28,934 nucleotides of DNA from a virus (taxonomy: Duplodnaviria > Caudoviricetes), in the IMG/VR virus record IMGVR_UViG_3300042988_000877, positions 1 through 28,934 of that record; one strand, written 5' to 3'. The stretch's first letter is position 1. Every line of letters starts with the position of its first letter. Of this stretch, positions 18,901-26,656 are shown in pieces. The notes under the pieces are model-generated. The model was not told where the DNA came from. It did not search any database and was given only the letters and a program-made list of their open reading frames with translations. The position numbers were made by a program, and so were the translations under genes.

Positions 18901-21900
18901 CATGAATTATGACGAACAAAAATTGCTTCTGGAGGAAATGGGAATTCAAATTCCGCCAAATAAACAGTCCTACGCGACAAAGCTTTCTGAAGCTAAAAAG
19001 GTCGCGGTGATGAAGGCGCAAAAAGCCATATTTGAACGTCTTAGTGGTGCTGAAAAGATAACGCAAAAATCTGGGCCGAAATCCTCGAAAACGGAAAGTA
19101 GCCAGCCAGCGGCAGACTATACCTCAGCAGAGCATCGCCAGAACCTCAAGAAGATGGCAGAAGGCGAACTGTCCATTGATGAGATCAAGGCGCTATTCCA
19201 GCGCGCCAAGGCATCCAAAGAAGCAATCCTCGCCGAAGCGCAGAAGCTTACCAAAGACCAGATTTCTAAGCAATTTGGGGTTAGTGGTCGTCGCGGCGAC
19301 GAAACAAAAGACTGGATGGTGAAGCAGGCTTATAGCGAAGTCTTGCGCGATTTCTACATGGGTGATAGCTTCTCATGGTCGCCCTTCGAGGAAAAGTTCG
19401 ATGCCGCCGTTGAGCGCCTGGTTATGGCGCAGACGCAGAGCGATGTGGATGCAGCAATCAAGCGCCGCGCTGAACGTGATGTAGAGCGCAAGAAGCATGC
19501 TGACTCCATTGTAAAAAGCCTGACTAATCCGCAAACGCTGGAAGAATACCGCGTTTTTGCCAATGAATATGGCGTAGCAAAATTCACTGACGAGCAGCTT
19601 GCTAATTATGATGCCCTGGTCGCAGAGGCCACCAGCGAGAAGCGCAAGATCGAAAAAGCGCAGGCCGCCACCGTGAAGGGCGTCGAAACCCCTGACGGCA
19701 TCGAGGCGGAGATCATCGAGACGAAGCACACGCAAAAAGGCCATGACCTGTTCGTGGTACGCCTGAGCGACAGAGTGGAGAAAGATGTCTATAACGCCCT
19801 GAACACCACGGCAAAACGCCTTGGTGGGTATTATTCCTCTTACCGCGGAAACGGCGCGACTCCTGGCTTCCAGTTCACCACTCGCCAGGCTGCTGAAAGC
19901 TTTGTCGCGGCATCGAAGGGCGAAACCGTTACGGCCGAGAAAGGTCGCAAGCCGGAAACCCGCGCCGAGAAGCTGCGCGCACAGGGCGAAAAGCTGATCG
20001 AGGCAGGCGAGGCTTCGATGGGGCAAGAACGCAAGGTCAATACCCACCGCCGCGCGACTATGGCAGCAGGTGCAGAAGCTAATGCTGCTGCAGAAATTGC
20101 CATGGGCAAGACTATGAAAGCGATTGCCGACAAGATCGAATCCGGCACGGCAGGTATGCTGGAGAATATCAACGCCCGCACTGAGATTGAAACCCTCCAT
20201 GGCATCATGCGCCAGGCCATGTATAAATCCGACCGCAAAGCGGAAAACTCTAATTTGAGTTATGCCGAGCGGGAAGAGTTAAAGCGCCGCAAGTTCGACG
20301 CTGCTGACGCCCGCAATATCGAGTACCCGTTCCCCGCCTTCCATGTGGACAACGTGCTGCGTTCAGCAGCGGAAATTGGGTCTAAGTCCGGCTTCAAGCA
20401 ATTGGGTCAGCATTTGGCAAAGCTCCAAAGGGAGGCCGTGAAGAAGAAGGAAAACCTTATTCAAGTTCGCGACCCTAAATATATTGCCAAGGTGAAGGAA
20501 GCCGCAGAGCAATATGAACACGTCATGGGCTGGCTCGCTGATCGAGGTGTTACCGATTACATGCGCGTGCAGCGCCTGGGCCTGACCAATATGCCATTGC
20601 TACGCCAGGCCGTGCGCGAATACTCCGCACTGATGTCGGAGAAGCCGAAAGCTGATCCCATCAAGGAAGCCGAGCGCGCATTGGTAGGCAAGAAGTGGGA
20701 GGGGTATTTCCCTACCCCCGCCTCGCTCGCGGAGCGTATGGCCGACGAGCTGGATGTGAACGAAGGGCACACGGTGCTGGAGCCCAGCGCGGGCAAGGGA
20801 AGCCTGATCGATGCCGTCGTTGCTGCAGGTGCTAACCCTGCCAATGTTGACGCGCTGGAGATTGTCACCGACCTGCAAAATATCCTGAAGCTGAAGGGAT
20901 ATAACGTGGTGGGACGTAATTTCTTGGAACATGAGGAGAGTTACGACCGCATCATCATGAACCCGCCTTTCGAGAACGGGCAGGATATTGATCATGTGCG
21001 CCATGCGTACTCGCTGTTGAAACCCGGTGGGCGCATTGCTGCCATCATGTCTGAGGGGCCATTCTACCGCAGCGACAAGAAAGCTACCGAGTTCCGCGAC
21101 TGGCTGGAGAGCGTAGGAGGCTCCTCGGAGAAGCTGCCGGAAGGCTCGTTTAAGGACAGCGACAGATCAACCGGCGTTGCCACGCGCATGGTAATTATCG
21201 ACAAGCCAGAAATATCCTACCGCCGCGAGCCTGCCGCCGCACCCTCGCAGCGCATACGGATAGAGCGCAAGGCGAACTGGACGCGCAATGAAAAGCGCGT
21301 GGCGGCGGAGATGAAGCGCCTTGCCAGCCAGCGTTTTGGCGATGGGCTGAAGCTGGACTATGTGGATTCCATCACGGATTCCAGCGGCATGAGGGTGACG
21401 GGCTTTTATCGCCCCGGCGACATGACGGTGGGCGAGGCGCTGGCGGTGATTGCCATGAGCGAGAAGCCCTACAATACCCTGAACCACGAAGGCATCCACC
21501 ATCTGCGCCGCATCGGTGCGCTGGACGGTGTTTGGGATGCCCTCAGCAAGGTAGCGGCGAACCGCTGGATCAAGCAGTACCGCATTGAGGAGGCCTATCC
21601 CAATGACGGCAGCATGACGCCCCGCCGGTTACGGGAGCTGCATGTAGAGGAGGCCATTGCCGAAGCCTTCGCGGATTACGTCAGCGGGAAAGGTGGCATG
21701 CGCCCCCCTGCGATTACCGAGGCATTCCGCAAGATAAAGGCCTTCTTCGACAGCCTCCGCAATTACCTGAAGGGCGAGGGCTTTACCTCGTGGCGTTCCA
21801 TCTTTGAGGATATTGCCAGCGGAAAATCAGCACAGCCGCAGGCGGAGTATGGCGGCGAGCTTGCCCCTGCGATGTTCCAGAAAGCACCGCCCACGGAGAG

Positions 21901-24604
21901 CGAGGCCTTCAAGAAATGGTTCGGTGACAGCAAGGTGGTTGATGCGGAAGGTAAGCCGCTGGTGGTTTATCATGGGACTGGCCCTGGCGCAGATATAGAG
22001 TCTTTCTTGCCGAAAGGCGGGCGAGATGGTGAATGGCAGGATGCTCTTAAGCACTTTAGGGAAGCACAGCGCAATAATAAACAATATGGGTATTTTCATT
22101 TCCGCAATGGCAGCTTCTTCAGCCCGTTCCCAGAGTATGCTGGGAACTATACGGCGGAGGGTTCTGGGGCTATGTATCCTGCCTATATTAAGGCAGAGAA
22201 TCCCGTCTACTTCGACCAGAAAACAAAAGAAGTCACGGGTACTGATCCGAATAAAACCCCTGATGCGCTTATCTTACATGTTGGAGGAGTAATCAACGAG
22301 GTAGCAGTCATAGACCCCACCCAAGTTAAGTCTATATTTAACCAAGGCACCTTCGATCCCAGTGATGCGCGCATATTGTTCCAGCGCAGCCTGCCCAAAG
22401 AGCAATCCGAGAGGCTGGGCAAGACCCGTGCAGGCCGCGCGCTGCGTGACTGGCTGGCAGAAACCACGGGCCTTACTTCAGAGATGCGCAACCCGAAGGC
22501 CTATAATTCCGGCAGCCTGTTTGTGCGCAAGCTGGTGCAATCCAATGACGGGGTGCTGAAATATCTGGAGAACGCCTACAACAGCAAGACGATTGGAGAG
22601 ATTCGCAAGATGCTGTGGGCGGAGGCCGGAGCCGATGCCGGAACGGGCGCCACTTACGAGGAAGCGGTGGATCGCTATGCCATCAGCCGAATCAACCGCC
22701 TTGGCCGCGCACTAAAGCCCTTTGATAAGAAGGAGTGGCCCAAGGTGACGAAGCTGCTCCAGAACCCGGCGCTGCTGGAGAAGCACAAGGATAAGCCCAT
22801 CGGCAAAGCTGCGCAGGAAATAAGAAAGATTCTGGACGAGAACGCCAAGTATCTGAACGAGGGCGGCTTTGAGTTCAAGGCGATGGAGGGATATTTCCCC
22901 CGCGTCTATGACGCGGAGAAGGTGGCGCGCAATGAAAATGAATTCCTGCGCAGCGCCATGAAAGCCTATCAGGCCACTTACGGTGAGGAGCTTGATTCCG
23001 GCGAAATGGCTTCACTGGCAGAGGCGTGGCTGGGCAGGATTTTGCTGCAAGGTCGTGGCATTCAGGCCAACGATATGGAGTTTTCCTATATCAACACCTC
23101 GATGCCAAGGCCGAAGTTCACCAAGCCGCGCAGCCTTTCCAAAGAGGCCGACGAGATTATGCGGCCCTTCCTGCAACAAGACCCCTTTGAGGCGGTGTAT
23201 CACCACGTCTGGCGCTCTACCCGCATGGTGGAGTTCAAGAAGCGATTCGGCGGCGAGAAGTGGCCGCAGCTCAAGGCGCGGCTGATAGAAGAAGGATTGG
23301 ACGGTAACGCCATCTCCGAAGTGGTGGGCGCCATCCAGTCTGCTACAGGCACCATGCCGGATCGCGTGACCAGCACCACCCGCAGCGTGCTTTCCTGGGC
23401 GCGGCTTTACACCTACCTGCGCTTCCTCGACAAGACCGCGCTTTACCAGATTCAGGAATTGATGGTGACGGGAATGCGCACGGGGAACGCATTGGACAGC
23501 CTGCAATCCATCAAAGACACGCTGAAGGCGCTGGCCAAGACCGGCGATATGAAAGAAACCATCCAGCTTGCCGAGGACGTGCTGGGCATTACCGGAGAGG
23601 TTGCGGAAGATCTGGTGCTTGATGCCCGCTTTGGTGGCGCATTGGATGACAAGCTGCCCATGCTGCTGGCGCAGAAGTTCTTCCGTGGCACCTTCCTGAC
23701 GCAGGCGACGGCGGCCTCGCGCATTGCGGCGCTGAAAAGCGGCCAGCGGTTTATGCTTCGTCTGGCGCAGCATGTTTCCGGCGATACGGCCCGACGCCGA
23801 AGCAGCGAGTTCCTGCTGCGCGAGCTTGGCATTCCGAAGGGCAGGGAAGCGGCCTTCTCCCGCTGGTTGCTGAACCAGAACAACAATCCACAGGCAACGG
23901 AGATGTATCACACGGCACTGGCCCGGTTCACGGATCAGGTGATTATGCGGCCCAAACATGCGGAGCGGCAGCGATTTGCCGGGCATCCGGTGTTCTCGCT
24001 TTTCTACCAGTTGCAGGCTTACATTATGAGCTTCTCGAAGAACGTGCTGCTGCGCATGGGAAACACCACCAGCGAAGCCTTCGCCAGCGGCAAGGGGTAC
24101 ACCATGGCCGACAGAATAGCCTTCCTTGGGCCTGCGCTTGCCCTTCCTCTAATGGTGGCAGTGGCCGGTGGCATGTGGGAGCTGCGGGATGAAGTGCTAT
24201 TCAAGCGCCCGGATGCAAAGAAACAGGAGCCTTGGCAGGATGCCCTGAAGGTTGCCAGCGCCTCCGGCCTGTTCGGTGCTTTTGACCCCTACCTGAATAT
24301 GTTCCTGAGCCTGCGCTACCGCAAAGACCCGGCCAATGCGCTTTCAGGCCCGCTCCTGAGCGAGATATTCGCCACGATCAAAACTATGGGCGAATACACG
24401 TTCAACAACAGCCCGCGCACGAACTCGGCGGAGCGCGCGGCGGCGAAGGATGTTTACGACATGGGAGTCAAGCCAGCAGCAAACGGACTGGTAAGCCTGG
24501 CCCCACTCCCTGCATTGGTTCGCTATGGTATAATCCAGACAGTAGGCCACCCGGAAACAAGAGAGGCTTTTGTGTCCGGCATCGCAGGCAAAGAAAGGAG
24601 ATAG
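15911..24604 (+). CDS. Giant polyvalent internal virion protein (2897 aa) with MutS-I-like, amino-DNA-methyltransferase, zincin metallopeptidase and ADP-ribosyltransferase-like modules
   Basis: GDFYEAYGEDA (nt 18680); YFPTP / VLEPSAGKG (20780) / NPPF (20960); HEGIH (21485) with downstream EEAIAEAF; FKKWFGDSKVVD..GKPLVVYHGT (21971) / FFS / NEVAV..PTQVKS; helical C-terminal region. It is the last gene before lysis. Confidence 0.88.
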   Translation: MPRDLFEGQTAAPQTPSMPRQPRDLFAGQTRQQEVDSYEQQGGGFLPAMERGFRRQKQSLLAATEQGTRNNIDIKRRLLEGADPTSHGAKVLQQEIDFLEQTQPSIESSLRGEQEKIKGIPMHPTMQRMSEAGAGKEGFFDTAGAMWDEFVDSPDKAGFAIDLAGEQIPNMAATLLLSRGMGGPAMGMAPGAAQKAAQMAAVGGGAGAGSFLSTYGPNVGGYLDQGESIETAQQKGRTRSATQAAVDAATGALVPVRIGPNQFVNIPAQTALQMAGGGGGEYLAAKSVGENPEMQDVVLEGALEAIGLPGDVAAAAMVRPTIGQKKPAAPEIQSGEVSTPRPPRDLLEGPKIAGLLPAPAIRLPDQSQPPVEPTLALPAPRPSEAEFRVSPEGTVTRPTESEVMQQMKLRQEMGDIGLTPDVIEAQRKMMMPRPVEQPAPAMPRLPAPRQTAVANPPAMPQPKLPKMAATRQLPPIDTLTPQTAETAMAQAEQLHDRMKDPAVKEEIKRYAEQAAEIAVQKYQNRKPEAVRQKPAPVKAVERQRKPVGLLEFLASIGGLRDDRGDLKAMNAELWHRGAPFRRRLVSENGQSLDYAREAAQEAGYGNFETQADLLDAIDMALSGRPVWRQADQGYVAPQQQTDDPDYEAWWKEQDLLGRAEQYGINTENRPVADVMEEVAEREAIMAEAELADAERRKIDDSIDGALLQNLPDVADKLESNGFFDEFDIPFEDEDAGRRSAVLSQPQYPAEQSPAASGPRIQAAGRPADIVATGKDAGSRDAAGPESGAVRPATVEQTPAGEQAVIPGAEKIPDRQLAERKMEGGLKASKPQKAPGEDGGLFDTGARQQTDIFDAPTTKRQWDDLTQSGQIKNLSQEQLAETYQSLTKAGVINKPVGKPSKLPTKPTESAPQVSEKEPIKLTKRGDFYEAYGEDARLIAKELELAVTKRDGVESVGLPAHSLEGNIEKLAEAGIDVEKRPNIRASYFEDIGYGPRFHDMNYDEQKLLLEEMGIQIPPNKQSYATKLSEAKKVAVMKAQKAIFERLSGAEKITQKSGPKSSKTESSQPAADYTSAEHRQNLKKMAEGELSIDEIKALFQRAKASKEAILAEAQKLTKDQISKQFGVSGRRGDETKDWMVKQAYSEVLRDFYMGDSFSWSPFEEKFDAAVERLVMAQTQSDVDAAIKRRAERDVERKKHADSIVKSLTNPQTLEEYRVFANEYGVAKFTDEQLANYDALVAEATSEKRKIEKAQAATVKGVETPDGIEAEIIETKHTQKGHDLFVVRLSDRVEKDVYNALNTTAKRLGGYYSSYRGNGATPGFQFTTRQAAESFVAASKGETVTAEKGRKPETRAEKLRAQGEKLIEAGEASMGQERKVNTHRRATMAAGAEANAAAEIAMGKTMKAIADKIESGTAGMLENINARTEIETLHGIMRQAMYKSDRKAENSNLSYAEREELKRRKFDAADARNIEYPFPAFHVDNVLRSAAEIGSKSGFKQLGQHLAKLQREAVKKKENLIQVRDPKYIAKVKEAAEQYEHVMGWLADRGVTDYMRVQRLGLTNMPLLRQAVREYSALMSEKPKADPIKEAERALVGKKWEGYFPTPASLAERMADELDVNEGHTVLEPSAGKGSLIDAVVAAGANPANVDALEIVTDLQNILKLKGYNVVGRNFLEHEESYDRIIMNPPFENGQDIDHVRHAYSLLKPGGRIAAIMSEGPFYRSDKKATEFRDWLESVGGSSEKLPEGSFKDSDRSTGVATRMVIIDKPEISYRREPAAAPSQRIRIERKANWTRNEKRVAAEMKRLASQRFGDGLKLDYVDSITDSSGMRVTGFYRPGDMTVGEALAVIAMSEKPYNTLNHEGIHHLRRIGALDGVWDALSKVAANRWIKQYRIEEAYPNDGSMTPRRLRELHVEEAIAEAFADYVSGKGGMRPPAITEAFRKIKAFFDSLRNYLKGEGFTSWRSIFEDIASGKSAQPQAEYGGELAPAMFQKAPPTESEAFKKWFGDSKVVDAEGKPLVVYHGTGPGADIESFLPKGGRDGEWQDALKHFREAQRNNKQYGYFHFRNGSFFSPFPEYAGNYTAEGSGAMYPAYIKAENPVYFDQKTKEVTGTDPNKTPDALILHVGGVINEVAVIDPTQVKSIFNQGTFDPSDARILFQRSLPKEQSERLGKTRAGRALRDWLAETTGLTSEMRNPKAYNSGSLFVRKLVQSNDGVLKYLENAYNSKTIGEIRKMLWAEAGADAGTGATYEEAVDRYAISRINRLGRALKPFDKKEWPKVTKLLQNPALLEKHKDKPIGKAAQEIRKILDENAKYLNEGGFEFKAMEGYFPRVYDAEKVARNENEFLRSAMKAYQATYGEELDSGEMASLAEAWLGRILLQGRGIQANDMEFSYINTSMPRPKFTKPRSLSKEADEIMRPFLQQDPFEAVYHHVWRSTRMVEFKKRFGGEKWPQLKARLIEEGLDGNAISEVVGAIQSATGTMPDRVTSTTRSVLSWARLYTYLRFLDKTALYQIQELMVTGMRTGNALDSLQSIKDTLKALAKTGDMKETIQLAEDVLGITGEVAEDLVLDARFGGALDDKLPMLLAQKFFRGTFLTQATAASRIAALKSGQRFMLRLAQHVSGDTARRRSSEFLLRELGIPKGREAAFSRWLLNQNNNPQATEMYHTALARFTDQVIMRPKHAERQRFAGHPVFSLFYQLQAYIMSFSKNVLLRMGNTTSEAFASGKGYTMADRIAFLGPALALPLMVAVAGGMWELRDEVLFKRPDAKKQEPWQDALKVASASGLFGAFDPYLNMFLSLRYRKDPANALSGPLLSEIFATIKTMGEYTFNNSPRTNSAERAAAKDVYDMGVKPAANGLVSLAPLPALVRYGIIQTVGHPETREAFVSGIAGKERR

Positions 24605-24606
24605 GC

Positions 24607-24975
24607 ATGGCGCAGCCACCGCAACAAGGTTGGAAGATCGACAAGCATATCCCGGTGGCGGTGATTCTTGCCATCATCCTGCAAACCTTTGGCGCGATCT
24701 GGTGGGCTTCCAGCGTCACCACGCGCATTGAGGCGCTGGAAAGGTCACGCCATTCTCAGGAAATACGAACAGAGGCCCATGAAAAGCGGGTGCAGATTAT
24801 CGAGAAGGATCTGCCGGTCATCAGGGAAAAGATTGAGAACATCAAGGGAACGACAGACCGCATTGAAAAAAAGCTGGATAAGCTGTCAGCCAATTTTGGC
24901 ATGTCGGACAATACCGATATGGACAGCCTGATGATGCTCTCTCTGGCAGAACTCAGTGAAGTGAGGGTTTCGTGA
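24607..24975 (+). CDS. Membrane protein with one TM segment plus coiled coil; holin/antiholin candidate
   Basis: RBS AAGGAG. WKIDKHIPVAVILAIILQTFGAIWWAS followed by a heptad-like region, directly before the endolysin. Confidence 0.65.
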   Translation: MAQPPQQGWKIDKHIPVAVILAIILQTFGAIWWASSVTTRIEALERSRHSQEIRTEAHEKRVQIIEKDLPVIREKIENIKGTTDRIEKKLDKLSANFGMSDNTDMDSLMMLSLAELSEVRVS

Positions 24976-25415
24976 GAGCTGCGATTGACCTGATCTCTGA
25001 GTTTGAAGGCTTCAGCGCCAAGCCCTATCTCTGCCCAGCAGGAAAATGGACTATCGGCTTCGGCAGTACCATGTGGAAGGGCAAGCCGGTGACTTCGCTC
25101 ACCAAGCCCATTACCCGGCTAGAGGCGGAGAGCGGGTTGGCCAATAACCTGATTGGCTTTCAGAAGGAGCTGGATAGCTACGTTTCCGCGCCGCTTAACA
25201 CCAACGAGAACGCCGCCCTGCTGAGTTTTATCTACAATATCGGCGCAAGGAAATTCCGCGAGTCTACGCTGCTGAAGAAGCTGAACGCCGGGGACAAGAA
25301 GGGCGCGGCGGATGAGTTTCTGCGTTGGAATAAGATAGGCAAGAAGGAATCCGCTGGCCTGTCACGCCGCAGGATTGCGGAGAGAGAACTGTTTTTAACC
25401 CCTGTGAAAGGATAA
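24972..25415 (+). CDS. Endolysin, GH24 (T4-like phage lysozyme)
   Basis: E11-x8-C20-x5-T26 in FEGFSAKPYLCPAGKWTIGFG, plus ALLSFIYNIG, STLLKKLNAG and GLSRRRIAE. No SAR segment. Confidence 0.95.
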   Translation: MRAAIDLISEFEGFSAKPYLCPAGKWTIGFGSTMWKGKPVTSLTKPITRLEAESGLANNLIGFQKELDSYVSAPLNTNENAALLSFIYNIGARKFRESTLLKKLNAGDKKGAADEFLRWNKIGKKESAGLSRRRIAERELFLTPVKG

Positions 25416-25419
25416 TTCC

Positions 25420-25593
25420 ATGATTGCGATTCTTGAAAGATTCAAAGAGCCATCTAGCTGGAGCGGTATTGCGGCTTTGCTCACCGGTCTTGGTATTCAA
25501 CTGCCCGACGGCGTGGCTGAGAACGCGGCCTATGTGTTGGCGGGTATCGCAGGACTCCTGGCGGTACTGCTAAAAGAGAAGGCCGTAAAATGA
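25420..25593 (+). CDS. Small two-TM holin candidate (57 aa, MIAILERFKEPSSWSGIAALL...), not in the ORF track
   Basis: RBS AAAGGA, two hydrophobic segments, basic C-terminus KEKAVK, and ATGA overlap with the i-spanin. Confidence 0.72.
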   Translation: MIAILERFKEPSSWSGIAALLTGLGIQLPDGVAENAAYVLAGIAGLLAVLLKEKAVK

Positions 25594-25832
25594 CAACGGC
25601 GCTTCTTGCAATTATCGGCGCCGGAGGCCTGATTTTCATTATAATGATGTTCCGCTGGGCGGTTACTATCAGGGGTGAGGCGAGAGCGGAAGTTAAACTG
25701 GAGCAGGAAAAGAAGGTTTCCGATGCAGCGAAAGAAGTTATCCGTCAGGATCGGATTGTTACTGGCAATCCTAACATTGAGCGCATGTCTCAAAACCTCT
25801 CCGCTGCCCTGCGACGCAAGCGCGATTCCTGA
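25590..25832 (+). CDS. Inner-membrane spanin (Rz-like, 80 aa)
   Basis: N-terminal TM segment followed by a charged helical region; overlapped by a lipoprotein ORF in the +1 frame. Confidence 0.7.
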   Translation: MTTALLAIIGAGGLIFIIMMFRWAVTIRGEARAEVKLEQEKKVSDAAKEVIRQDRIVTGNPNIERMSQNLSAALRRKRDS

Positions 25833-25965
25833 ACCTCTTGACCCAGAGGTGCACTGCATCACGGGGGAGTGCATCCGCCAGCAGTGCATTCTCTTCTGCC
25901 GCCATCACCCAGCGGAGTGTGAAGAAGTGTGTGGGGAGACTATCGCCACCACCCCAGCCGATTGA
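25723..25965 (+). CDS. Outer-membrane lipoprotein spanin (Rz1-like, 80 aa), Cys-rich
   Basis: MQRKKLSVRIGLLLAILTLSA-C signal with lipobox LSAC and a Pro-rich start of the mature part. It begins inside the i-spanin gene and extends past it. Confidence 0.7.
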   Translation: MQRKKLSVRIGLLLAILTLSACLKTSPLPCDASAIPEPLDPEVHCITGECIRQQCILFCRHHPAECEEVCGETIATTPAD

Positions 25966-26431
25966 TGCGATAGGCAATCTCCATGCGCCGCAGGTATCCG
26001 GCTGGCATAATCTCACTAGCTTCGTTATCCAGCACATAGACGTTTCCGTAAAGGTTCACGACCAGAACCGCGTGCATCTCCTGCGTCCGGCGCTTTACCC
26101 CTAGGGCAATGTGCAAATCACTGTCATGGAAGCCCTTCCTCAGCAGGGTATAATACGCGGCAATGGCGAAGTCCTCACAGTCACCCCCTCCATCACGCCA
26201 AAACTCCTGCGGGGTTTTCCAGTAATCTTTCGGGCCGTCTGGGGTGTAGCGCAGGAATCTCTGCATGGCGTGGGTGCGCTGTAGGGCATCCAGCGTTACA
26301 TCGTGGCTTGATGGGTGAACCATGCCAACCTCTAAAACCACGCGAGTCCATTTTGGGAAAGGGGAGAGATTTTGATTCACCTCTAATGCACTGGCAGGAT
26401 GGCACAGAAGCATCCCGGCAATCCCGGCCAA
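25940..26431 (-). CDS. Transglutaminase-like cysteine protease (BTLCP / peptidase C93, LapG-like); start uncertain
   Basis: DYWKTPQEF...GDCEDFAIAAY (Cys), MHAVLVV (His) and YVLDN (Asp), with a signal-like LAGIAGMLLCHPASA. In-frame starts: ATG 26413, TTG 26431, GTG 26512, TTG 26515. Confidence 0.88.
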   Translation of the reverse strand: MAGIAGMLLCHPASALEVNQNLSPFPKWTRVVLEVGMVHPSSHDVTLDALQRTHAMQRFLRYTPDGPKDYWKTPQEFWRDGGGDCEDFAIAAYYTLLRKGFHDSDLHIALGVKRRTQEMHAVLVVNLYGNVYVLDNEASEIMPAGYLRRMEIAYRINRLGWWR

Positions 26432-26500
26432 TCGTAATTCTCTGGATTTTTGCGAATAAAGTTTGCAATCACATTGATTTTCTATGAGAAGTTTAGCGCT

Positions 26501-26514
26501 TCTCTTGGGCACCA
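26501..26514 (+). other. Putative attP core TCTCTTGGGCACCA, matching a tRNA 3' end (probably tRNA-Leu)
   Basis: Reads as T-stem end + acceptor strand CTTGGGC + discriminator A + CCA, resembling alphaproteobacterial tRNA-Leu(CAG) ends. It sits in the AT-rich gap 5' of the integrase, and no tRNA body lies upstream. Confidence 0.75.
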
Positions 26515-26530
26515 AGAACCCTTTTAGGGG

Positions 26531-26630
26531 TGTTCTCGTTAATTCTTCTATATTCCCAAGTATTCCAGAAACAAAGGTTTTTCTGCTTGTTCTATTCGCG
26601 TTTGTTCTTATAGGTTCTCGCGTATTCCCG
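26531..26630 (+). promoter_or_regulatory. Two arrays of four 10-bp-phased RTTC repeats; candidate Xis/RDF binding sites
   Basis: TGTTCTC, AATTCTT, TATTCCC, TATTCCA at 26531/41/51/61 and TATTCGC, TGTTCTT, GGTTCTC, TATTCCC at 26593/603/613/623. Confidence 0.6.
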
Positions 26631-26656
26631 AAAAATTGCGAATAGATTGCGAATAA

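Noticed and set aside
23012-23986. 324-aa minus-strand ORF
   Set aside because: Antisense shadow of the giant protein's C-terminal region.
25029-25031. Cys in place of Asp in the lysozyme catalytic triad as a sign of inactivation
   Set aside because: E-x8-C-x5-T is a known active variant among GH24 phage lysozymes.
26430-26514. Complete tRNA gene ending at CCA 26514
   Set aside because: No GGTTCRA T-loop or matching 5' acceptor strand upstream; only the 3' 14 nt are tRNA-like.
26515-26536. Hairpin AGAACCCT-TTT-AGGGGTGTTCT as a terminator
   Set aside because: Short bulged stem with a 3-nt loop and no clear U-tract; too weak to call.
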